Assembly: GCA_965601515.1 (NCBI GenBank)
Contig: CBFCWN010000003.1
Location: 38,843-102,842, forward strand
Direction of reading: 5' to 3'
DNA length: 64,000 nt
Origin: an uncultured Myxococcales bacterium
GTDB taxonomy: Bacteria > Myxococcota_A > Polyangia > Polyangiales > Houyiibacteriaceae
The notes beneath the pieces were generated by a model that did not search any database, had not been told where the DNA came from, and saw only the letters and a list, made by a program, of their open reading frames with translations. Shown here one piece after another: positions 38,977 through 48,188 of the stretch (its first letter is position 1; the number at the start of each line of letters is the position of its first letter). The translations under genes were made by a program, and so were the position numbers.

Positions 38977-39534
38977 ATGCCGCCGCTCATCTCGCGACGA
39001 ACCTTCAACAAGCTAGGTCTCCTCGCGGGCACGAGTGCGTGGGTGTTGCCCGCATGGTCGAGCGCGGCGCTCACGCGTGTCGCCCCAGTCGATCTCACTC
39101 GAGACGAACGCGACTTGTTTCAGAGTTTCGCCGAAGCGTTGATCCCAACGGAAGGCACCTCACTTCGACCGCTTTCGGAAGTGCCCGTGGTCGACAACAT
39201 CGCCGGAGCACTTGCCTCGCTCGACGAGCCCACGCTCGACGAAGTCCGAACGGGCCTAAAGCTCTTCAACTACGGGCCGTTCGTCATCGGATTTCACTTC
39301 ACCAGCTTCCCGAAGCTGTCCGTCGAAGACCGCCAAGCGTACATCCGTCGATGGGAAGACGGCGTCACCATCCAGCGTGGAGTCGTCGACCTTCTGAAGA
39401 AACTCACGTTCGTGGGGTACTGGCAGGACATCGAAGCGGCGCGCGCGATCGGCTACCAGGGCCCGGTCTCGATCGAGGGTGGCATCCCGTATCTCGGAAA
39501 CGCACCCATGCCGGTCGAGGAGTCCCCTGCATGA
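38977..39534 (+). CDS. Tat-exported small subunit (gluconate 2-dehydrogenase subunit 3-like) of a GMC-type dehydrogenase
   Basis: Twin-arginine signal SRRTFNKLGLLAGTSA. 185 aa. ATGA-coupled to the following GMC oxidoreductase. Confidence 0.7.
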   Translation: MPPLISRRTFNKLGLLAGTSAWVLPAWSSAALTRVAPVDLTRDERDLFQSFAEALIPTEGTSLRPLSEVPVVDNIAGALASLDEPTLDEVRTGLKLFNYGPFVIGFHFTSFPKLSVEDRQAYIRRWEDGVTIQRGVVDLLKKLTFVGYWQDIEAARAIGYQGPVSIEGGIPYLGNAPMPVEESPA

Positions 39535-41066
39535 CCGATGCCCTCCCGACTCTGCGGATCACGCAGCCCGACGACCTTCCGCCCGGCGGGGCAACGCTCC
39601 AAGCAGACGTCGTCGTCGTCGGCTCGGGAGCCTCTGGCGCGGTGATGGCCTACGAGCTCGCACGCTCGGGCGCCAGGGTCGTCGTGCTCGAAGCAGGCCC
39701 GTACGTGCCATCCACCGAGTTCAAGGAGCACACGCGAACCGCGATGGAGCTGCTCTACGCAGACGCGGGCAACCAAACCAACGTCACCGGCGACCTCTCG
39801 GTATTGCAGGGATACTGCGTGGGGGGCTCCACGGTGGTCAACGCCGCGGTTTGTTTCCGTCCGCCGAACCAAGTCCTCGAGCATTGGCAGCGCGAGCACG
39901 GCCTCGAAAACCTGACGGCGGAAACCCTCGACCCCTACTTCGACCGGGTCGAGCGCAACCTTTGGATTCATGAAAACGAGCCGCACGAAGTCAACTACAA
40001 CGGGCGGCTCCTGCTCGAAGGCGCGGCGAAGGTTGGCATCCCCGCGTCGCCGACCAGCCGCAACATCAAGAACTGCGCGCTGAGCGGCCACTGCATCTCC
40101 GGGTGCAAGACCGATCGCAAACAATCGATGCTGGTCACATACCTTCCTTGGGCCAGCGAGCATGGCGCGCGAATCTTGAGCAGCACACGCGCCGAGCGAT
40201 TCGACGTTGCCGGCAAACGTGTTCGGGCGGTTGAAGCCGTCGCCACCGACTCCAGCGGTGTCGAAAAACCAGTGCGTGTCGAAGCCGGCCTCGTCGTCGT
40301 CGCTGCCGGACCAATTCAGACCCCCCTTCTCTTCCAGCGCAACCAGCTCGCGAACAGCAGCGGGCAGGTCGGTCTCAACTTCGCCTGTCACCCCTCGCTC
40401 GCGATGCTGGGCGAGCACGATAGTGACGTCTACGCCTGGGTCGGTGCGAGCATTAGTGCGCACGCGGGCAACACCGACGACCCGCTCGGGACCGGCTACC
40501 TGCTGGAAGCTGGGATGGTTGGCCCCCTGGTCAACAGCACGTGGGTCGACGGGGGCGTCGGCGCTGACTACGTGGAGTTCGTCCAGAGCAGCAAGCGCTT
40601 CCAAGCCGCCGTAGCCCTCATTCACGACCACAACGTCGGCCGCGTCTACATGGATGGGGCCCGGAAACGCATCGAATACGACGTCGACGACCGTGACTTC
40701 GAGCGGATGCGAGAAGCCCTCCGTGGCATGGCGCAAATCTACTTCGCCGCGGGAGCGAAGCGCGTGTTCCTCCCCACCACACGTCGCACCACGATTGACC
40801 GCAAAGCCGACATCGACTCCGTGATCAACGCGCTCGAGAACGGGAAAAACAAATACCGACTCACGTCGTACCACCCGCAGGGCACCATGCGGATGGGCGC
40901 GGACCCGACCAAGAGCGTCGTTTCCCCTGGTGGTCTTTGTCACGACCTCGACAACGTCTACGTGCCGGACGCGAGCATCTTCCCGTCGTCCATCATGGTG
41001 AACCCTCAGGTCACCGTGTACGGAATGGCGAGCTACATCGCCGACGGTATCAAGGCTCGCGCCTAG
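39531..41066 (+). CDS. GMC-family FAD-dependent oxidoreductase
   Basis: DVVVVGSGASGAVMAYELA Rossmann motif, C-terminal HPQGTMRMG and DASIFPS motifs. Only the 3' 511 codons of track ORF 39039..41066 are used. Confidence 0.88.
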   Translation: MTDALPTLRITQPDDLPPGGATLQADVVVVGSGASGAVMAYELARSGARVVVLEAGPYVPSTEFKEHTRTAMELLYADAGNQTNVTGDLSVLQGYCVGGSTVVNAAVCFRPPNQVLEHWQREHGLENLTAETLDPYFDRVERNLWIHENEPHEVNYNGRLLLEGAAKVGIPASPTSRNIKNCALSGHCISGCKTDRKQSMLVTYLPWASEHGARILSSTRAERFDVAGKRVRAVEAVATDSSGVEKPVRVEAGLVVVAAGPIQTPLLFQRNQLANSSGQVGLNFACHPSLAMLGEHDSDVYAWVGASISAHAGNTDDPLGTGYLLEAGMVGPLVNSTWVDGGVGADYVEFVQSSKRFQAAVALIHDHNVGRVYMDGARKRIEYDVDDRDFERMREALRGMAQIYFAAGAKRVFLPTTRRTTIDRKADIDSVINALENGKNKYRLTSYHPQGTMRMGADPTKSVVSPGGLCHDLDNVYVPDASIFPSSIMVNPQVTVYGMASYIADGIKARA

Positions 41067-41446
41067 TTCTGCTTCATTCTTGCGAAGCACCAGAAGCCGC
41101 TATCGGCCTGCTTCAGCTTCCACCCCTTGGCACCGAGGCCGTTGAACTGCGCGGTCATCGCGTCGGGCTTCTTCGACGGACGCACGCACTTGTACTCGTA
41201 CGCGCGCTGGCCCCACTTGTCGTGACCGTGGTGACCCTTGTGCCCGCAGTGAGGACAGGCCTCGCCCTTGTCGCAGTGCGGACACGTTTCGCCGGCTGCG
41301 CAGTGCGGGCACTCGGCCTTTGGAGTTTCGCCGCAGGTCTCGCAGGCAGCCGTGTGGCTATCGGCTTCCGTCTGCGACGGAGTGCCAGCCACGGCAAACG
41401 AGAGAGCAGCGATGACGGATAGCGACGCGAGCACAACGAACTTCAT
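41063..41446 (-). CDS. secreted Cys/His-rich protein with three CPHC motifs and a His tract
   Basis: Signal peptide MKFVVLASLSVIAALSFAVAG, CETC followed by CPHCAAGET-CPHCDKGEA-CPHC-GHKGHHGH, and a small C-terminal domain (GAKGWKLKQADSGFWCFARM). Confidence 0.65.
   Translation of the reverse strand: MKFVVLASLSVIAALSFAVAGTPSQTEADSHTAACETCGETPKAECPHCAAGETCPHCDKGEACPHCGHKGHHGHDKWGQRAYEYKCVRPSKKPDAMTAQFNGLGAKGWKLKQADSGFWCFARMKQN
41222..41344 (-). repeat. 27-nt (9-codon) periodic CxxC repeat region plus His tract
   Basis: Codons for C35 through H75 of the protein. The TGY CCN CAC TGC unit recurs three times with 5-residue spacers. Confidence 0.7.
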
Positions 41447-41473
41447 AAGAACCTCCCAGGCGCCGGGAGGCTA

Positions 41474-42088
41474 TCACGAGGCGCTCTTGGCCGCCTCGAC
41501 GAAGGCTCGAACGAGCTCCGCGTCTTTTCGCCCGGGCGACGATTCGACTCCTGACGCGACATCGACGCGAAACGGTCGAACGGTCCGAATGGCCTCTGCG
41601 ACGTTTTCTGGCGTGAGCCCCCCGGCGAGGGTGAGCGTCCGCTCGCGCGCGATGGCCTGCGCGATCGTCCAATCGAACGTTCGTCCCGTGCCGCCGGGCA
41701 TGCCGGGTACACTGGCGTCCAACAGCAGGTGCTCCCCGGGGTACCGCCGAGCGAGCTCGACCGCCGAGCCGTCCTTGACCCCGATCGCTTTGTAGGCGTG
41801 CGGAAGGAGAGCTTCGACGGTTTGAGGAGACTCGGACCCGTGAAGCTGAGCCCACTCGATGCCGGTTTCTTCCAAGATCTCGGTGACCTCGGCGAGGCTC
41901 GCATCCACGAATACCGCGACGGTTTGGACCTGCCCATCCACCGCTCGGACGATGTCGCGAGCCGTCTTCCGGTTGGTCGAACGCGGGGACTTGGACCAGA
42001 AATTGAGGCCGATCGCGTCCACGCCAAGCTCCAAACAGCGCGCTGCGTCATTCACCGTCGTGATCCCGCATACCTTGACCTCGACCAT
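41474..42088 (-). CDS. trpF: phosphoribosylanthranilate isomerase
   Basis: MVEVKVCGIT start, DAIGLNFW..SPR, and LAGGLTPENV near the C-terminus. ATG at 42088 preferred over TTG at 42124. Confidence 0.9.
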   Translation of the reverse strand: MVEVKVCGITTVNDAARCLELGVDAIGLNFWSKSPRSTNRKTARDIVRAVDGQVQTVAVFVDASLAEVTEILEETGIEWAQLHGSESPQTVEALLPHAYKAIGVKDGSAVELARRYPGEHLLLDASVPGMPGGTGRTFDWTIAQAIARERTLTLAGGLTPENVAEAIRTVRPFRVDVASGVESSPGRKDAELVRAFVEAAKSAS

Positions 42089-42234
42089 GACAAGAGAATG
42101 GAGCCCAAGGCGGGCCGCGTCCAACCGCTCGAAACGCCTTGCAGACGTGAATCCCTCACCCTAGTACGCGTCCCACTTCAGCCTAGAAGGACGGGCGCTT
42201 TGCCTCCTACGGGACTAGAATCGACGATCGAGCA

Positions 42235-44105
42235 ATGGAAACATCCGCCGCCGCGCGAGTTCAGCCAAGCCCGCGCGAAACCTTAGACTCTGTTGTCATT
42301 CGCTTTGCCGGCGACTCGGGCGACGGGATGCAGCTGACGGGCAGTCAGTTCACGACCGCCACCGCGGATGCCGGAAACGATCTCGCAACGTTCCCGGACT
42401 TCCCCGCAGAGATTCGCGCGCCCGCCGGCACGACCTACGGGGTCTCGGGTTACCAGATCCACTTCGCGGCCCACAGCGTGCAAACGCCAGGCGACCGACC
42501 TGACGTGCTGGTCGCCATGAACCCGGCCGCGCTGAAGGTGAACGAAGAGGTGCTGAAGCCCGGCGGACTCCTCGTGGTCAACACGGGCGCGTTCACGGCG
42601 AACAATCTCAAGAAGGCGGGCTACGAAGAAAACCCGCTCGACAACGATTCGCTCGACCGCTTTCGGATCCTCGCGCTCGACATCAGCAAAATGACGTTGG
42701 CGTCGGTGAAGGAGGTCGGTCTTGGGTCGAAGGAAGCGAACCGATGCAAGAACATGTGGACCCTCGGTCTCATGTACTGGCTCTTCGGCCGCGAGCGCGA
42801 CCAAACCGTTGCGTGGCTCAAGAAGAAGTTCGAGAAGCGGCCGAAGATTGCAGAAGCGAACATCGCGGCACTGAATGCCGGGCACATCTACGGTGAAAAC
42901 GCGGAGCTGCCGCACGGCATCCATGCGTTCCAGGTGCCTGCCGCTCATCTGACCCCCGGCGAATACCGGAACATCAATGGCAACGAGGCAACCGCGTGGG
43001 GTCTCGTCGCCGGCGCTCGACTAGCCGGGCTCGACATGATGTACGGGTCCTATCCGATCACCCCGGCGTCGAACCTTCTTCACCACCTCGCACGCCTCAA
43101 GAACTTCGGCGTGACGACGTTTCAGGCCGAGGATGAAATCGCGGCCGTGGGAGCCGCGGTGGGTGCGAGCTTTGGAGGCGCGATCGGGGTCACCGGAACC
43201 TCAGGTCCAGGCGTTGCGCTGAAGTCGGAGACCATCGGCCTCGCGATCGCCGCGGAACTGCCTCTGGTCATCGTCGACGTTCAGCGCGGAGGGCCATCGA
43301 CGGGTCTTCCGACGAAAACCGAGCAGTCCGATCTCTTTCAAGCGGTTTGGGGTCGCAATGGCGACGCGCCGCTTTGCGTCCTTGCTGCCGCGACGCCCGG
43401 CGACTGTTTCTACATGGCGATCGAGGCGGTGCGCATCGCGGTGAAGTACATGACCCCGGTCATGCTTCTCACCGACGGCTACGTCGCGAACAGCTCGGAG
43501 CCTTGGCAGATTCCGAACTTCGACGAGCTCGCCCCCTTCCCGGTGAAGCACTACGACGATCCCGAAGGCTTCCAGCCCTTCCTGCGGGATGATGACACAC
43601 TCGCCCGAGTCTGGGCCGTCCCCGGCACACCCGGCACGGAGCATCGCATCGGTGGTCTCGAGAAGGCGCGCGACACGGGCCACATCTCGTACGACCCACA
43701 GAACCATCATCGGATGACCAAAGTTCGCGAACGGAAGATCCTAGGCATCGCCCGCAACCTCGAGCGCGCGAAGGTCGACCAGGGGGAAGCCGAAGGTGAT
43801 CTGCTGATCGTCGGCTGGGGCTCGACCTACGGATCGATCAATCAGGCGGTCACAACGCTTCGCGAGCGCGGCCATTGCGTCTCGCATCTTCACCTCCGCC
43901 ACATCTGGCCGCTTCCCGAAGGCCTGGGCGACATCCTTCGATCGTTCAACAGCATTCTCGTCCCCGAGCTCAACAACGGGCAGCTCGTGAAGCTGCTCCG
44001 CGCGGAATATCTCGTGGACGCCGAGAGTCTTGCTCGAGTGACTGGTCAGCCGTTTCGAGTCGGCGGCCTCATCGAAGCCGTCGAAGAGCGGCTACGGAAT
44101 GGATC

Positions 44106-44109
<4 letters not shown>
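42235..44109 (+). CDS. korA: 2-oxoacid:ferredoxin oxidoreductase, alpha subunit (KorA-type fused alpha/gamma)
   Basis: 624 aa. VIRFAGDSGDGMQ N-terminus and the YPITPAS motif. Confidence 0.88.
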
Positions 44110-45119
<1,010 letters not shown>

Positions 45120-45122
45120 GCG

Positions 45123-45812
45123 TCAGGCGTCAGACACCGGCAGCGTGAGGACGACGCGGAGTCCGTGCGGCTCGCGATTCGTCGCGACGACGTGACCTTC
45201 GAAACGAGCCGCGAGGTCTGCAAGCCTCGACAGGCCGACCCCTGGCTTGGGTCGACGCTCGGCTTTGGCGAAGGGCGCGAACAGTGAACGGAGCTCCTTG
45301 TGCGTGAGGCTTCCACCGTCGTCTTCGAACGTGAGTGCGACCGCGCTCCCAACGACACGGGAGACGACCCAAAGCGACGTGACCGACGACGACTCCGCCA
45401 TGAACCGAGCGAGGGCCCCTAGGCACTCCTGGGCAAGCCAGAGGTCGAGCGATACGGTCGTGTCGGTGCTCGTCAGGTCGAGCTCCACGTCGACGCGAAC
45501 ATCCGACACCGCGTTGGTCGCGAGGTCGTTCAGTGAAAGTGAGCGGGCTCGAAGCGGGTCCTCGCTCGCCAGCACGCCGAGCTGCCTCATCAGCTCACGC
45601 CCCTGGTCGGCAGCAGCTCGGATCTCCGCAACGTATTTCTCGACTGCGGCAGGGTCCGATGCATTCTTCCGGGCGAGGTGCGTATTGCCGAGGATCACTC
45701 CGAGAATGTTGTTGACCTCGTGCACGACCCCTGCCGAAAGATCTCTCGCGGCACGCATTCCCTCCGGATGGAGAATGCCTTTGCCATCGGACGCTCGGCC
45801 GCTCTCACTCAT
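45123..45812 (-). CDS. sensor-less histidine-kinase-like protein (DHp + CA-like domain, N-box degenerate)
   Basis: 229 aa. H-box SAGVVHEVNNILGVILG 30 residues from the N-terminus, FAPF and GVGLS boxes present, but the expected N-box Asn residues are replaced (LGALARFMAES). Confidence 0.7.
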   Translation of the reverse strand: MSESGRASDGKGILHPEGMRAARDLSAGVVHEVNNILGVILGNTHLARKNASDPAAVEKYVAEIRAAADQGRELMRQLGVLASEDPLRARSLSLNDLATNAVSDVRVDVELDLTSTDTTVSLDLWLAQECLGALARFMAESSSVTSLWVVSRVVGSAVALTFEDDGGSLTHKELRSLFAPFAKAERRPKPGVGLSRLADLAARFEGHVVATNREPHGLRVVLTLPVSDA

Positions 45813-46186
45813 CAGACTTCGAGCAGCCTCTTCACGGCTCGAATCACACGGGGCGCCTGGATCGGCTTCTCGATGTAGGCGTTCGCTCCAAGGCCCATCG
45901 CACGGTCGCGGTCGTGCGGCGCGTTCTCCGTTGTGATGATCACGATCGGAGTCTTCTCATGCCGGGGATCTCCCCGCACGTGCCGGACGAGCTTGAGCCC
46001 ATCCATCACCGGCATGTTGAGGTCGGTGAGCACCAAGTCGAACTTCTGAGTCGCGAGCGCGCGAATGCCGGCAAGACCGTTCTCAGCCTCGACGACCTCC
46101 ATGCCCGGAATTCGGGCAAGCGACTCCGCCAGCATGGCGCGCATGGTCTTGGAGTCTTCGACTACGAGGCAGCGATACTGTCCCAT
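45812..46186 (-). CDS. CheY-like single-domain response regulator
   Basis: 124 aa. VVEDS, LVLTDLNMPVMDG, IITTE and IEKP, so all receiver signature residues are present. The stop overlaps the HK-like start (TGATG). Confidence 0.88.
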   Translation of the reverse strand: MGQYRCLVVEDSKTMRAMLAESLARIPGMEVVEAENGLAGIRALATQKFDLVLTDLNMPVMDGLKLVRHVRGDPRHEKTPIVIITTENAPHDRDRAMGLGANAYIEKPIQAPRVIRAVKRLLEV

Positions 46187-46235
46187 GCTAGCTCCATCGT
46201 ACGATAGGAAATGGCGCGCTCAAAGTTAGTCATCC

Positions 46236-47306
46236 TCATGACGGCCGAGTGAGCTCGGCGATTCGGTCCGCTAGGTTCCAAATGCCGAGTGATTGATGTT
46301 TGACGCCTTTGCGACGCACGGCGAGCGGCATGCCGGCAACCACGGCGGTCTCGGGCTCCTCGATCAGAACGCTACCGCCGCGCTCGGCAATCATCGACGC
46401 GCCCTCTGCGCCGTCGTCCCCCATGCCGGTCAGAACAACCCCAATCGCCTTATCACCAAGGACTCTGGCGACCGAGCGAAACAGCTGGTTCGCAGAGGGG
46501 ACGTAGTGGCTGCCACGCTCCGGAGCGACGACGCGAATCGCAGGACCGCGATCCGATGGGACCACCTCGATGCATCGTCCCCCTGGGCAAACGTAGGCAT
46601 AGCCTCGCGCAAGTCGTTCGAAGGACTTGGCCTCCGACACGCGGAACACGCCGGTACGGTGGAGACGTTCGGCGAACGTTCGCGTGAAGCGCGGTGGCAT
46701 GTGCTGCGCGATCACGAACGCAGCGTCGATGTCATCGTGAAGGTGGCGGAACAGCGTGACGAGTGCCTTCGGTCCCCCGGTGGATGCGCCGATCACGACC
46801 ACGCGGCTCGGTGGCCGTTTCAGCACCGAGGGCTCGTTCGGACGGGACGAGCCGGGTTGTCCGTCGGACTCGAGGTCGAGGTTTCCAGTGGACGTCTGCC
46901 GAAGAGCCAGCGGTGACAACTGCTGGATCACGCGAACCTTTTCGACCAGCTGTTTCCGAAGGCTTTCGAGCGGGGCTGCTTCGTCCTGCGGCTTGGCGAT
47001 GAAATCGATGGCGCCGAGCTCGAGGGCACGGAAGACGCTTTCCTTTCCCGAACGGCCCGATACGACAACGACGGGAATCGGGTGACGGTCCATGAGGAGC
47101 TGCAAAAACTCAAACCCATCGAGCCTCGGCATCTCGAGATCGAGCGTGATGAAGTCAGGCGCGTCGGCTTCCACAGCTTGCAGCGCTTCCGCCCCGTCGC
47201 GCGCAAGGCGGACGTCGCCCACGGCGTCGAGCTCTTCGAGCATCGCGGCGATCATTCGTCGGTTGAGCGACGAGTCATCGACAACCAGCGCCCGCAGCTG
47301 TCTCAC
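46236..47306 (-). CDS. cheB: protein-glutamate methylesterase/glutaminase CheB (REC + methylesterase)
   Basis: GTG at 47306 in a GTGA overlap with the cheR stop. REC domain (LVVDDS, TLDLEMPRLDG). Esterase triad contexts GASTGGP, AQHMP and GMGDDG. Confidence 0.9.
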   Translation of the reverse strand: MRQLRALVVDDSSLNRRMIAAMLEELDAVGDVRLARDGAEALQAVEADAPDFITLDLEMPRLDGFEFLQLLMDRHPIPVVVVSGRSGKESVFRALELGAIDFIAKPQDEAAPLESLRKQLVEKVRVIQQLSPLALRQTSTGNLDLESDGQPGSSRPNEPSVLKRPPSRVVVIGASTGGPKALVTLFRHLHDDIDAAFVIAQHMPPRFTRTFAERLHRTGVFRVSEAKSFERLARGYAYVCPGGRCIEVVPSDRGPAIRVVAPERGSHYVPSANQLFRSVARVLGDKAIGVVLTGMGDDGAEGASMIAERGGSVLIEEPETAVVAGMPLAVRRKGVKHQSLGIWNLADRIAELTRPS

Positions 47307-48187
47307 GTCGAGCTCCTGGGCGGGAGCTCGGTGAACGGGATGGGCCGGCGGTAGACGATGTCGGTCGTGAGCTGAGCAATCTCGAACGCGGTGCTCGAGC
47401 GAAGGAGCGACTCGCTGTGTCCGAGCAAGAGATAGCCTCCGCGATGAAGGCGCTGGTAGATCGACTCGAGCACCTTTCGCCGAGACGCGTCGTCGAAGTA
47501 GATGAGAACGTTTCGACAAAACGCCACATCGACGCGTCCTACGATCGCGGCCCGCCGATGGTTCATCAGGTTGAGGTGCCCGAAGTGACACATCGAGCGG
47601 ATTCGTGGGTGGACCTGCCGCCCCTTTTCGGTGTCGATGAAGTAGCGCTCGTACTCCGGGATCATCGCCCGGAAGCTGGCGGAAGAGTACGCTGCGTCGC
47701 GGGCTTTTCGAAGCACCCGACGCGATATGTCGTTTCCGAACACGCGGATGTCCCAACCTTCGAACATTCCGGTGGCGTCGATCAGCATGGCGATGGTGTA
47801 GACCTCCTCACCGCTCGAGCAGCCGGCACTCCACACGTCGAGCCGTTTAGCGCCTCGAGCGAGAGCGCGGTTTCGAACCACGGGCAGAATCTCCTCCGTG
47901 AACGCCCGAAGCTGGTAGGCCTCGCGAAAGAAATAGGTCTCGTTGGTGGTGAGAACCTCGGCGGCGGCTTCGAGCTCTGCGTCGGCCTTCGGGTGGTACT
48001 GGAGGTAGCGGTAATACTCGTCGTAGCTGCTCAAACCAAGGTCGCGGAGACGCTCGCGAAGCCGTCGCGCAACGATGTACGCCGAGTCGTCCGCGAAGTA
48101 GATCCCGCAGAACTCGTTGACGAGGTCTCGGAGAAGCCGAAAGTCCTTGAGATCGAGCGTCAGCCCCGCGTCGTTGAGCAAGGTCAC
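47303..48187 (-). CDS. cheR: chemotaxis protein methyltransferase CheR
   Basis: GTG at 48187, 1 nt after the HEAT gene stop, with a GGAGG SD. ETYFFRE and VWSAGCSSGEEVYTIAM SAM-binding motifs. Confidence 0.9.
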   Translation of the reverse strand: MTLLNDAGLTLDLKDFRLLRDLVNEFCGIYFADDSAYIVARRLRERLRDLGLSSYDEYYRYLQYHPKADAELEAAAEVLTTNETYFFREAYQLRAFTEEILPVVRNRALARGAKRLDVWSAGCSSGEEVYTIAMLIDATGMFEGWDIRVFGNDISRRVLRKARDAAYSSASFRAMIPEYERYFIDTEKGRQVHPRIRSMCHFGHLNLMNHRRAAIVGRVDVAFCRNVLIYFDDASRRKVLESIYQRLHRGGYLLLGHSESLLRSSTAFEIAQLTTDIVYRRPIPFTELPPRSST

Positions 48188-48188
48188 C

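Noticed and set aside
39453-41090. 545-aa minus-strand ORF
   Set aside because: It is antisense to the GMC oxidoreductase, which has clear FAD-binding and C-terminal GMC motifs. The antisense translation is featureless and Arg/Val/Asp-rich.
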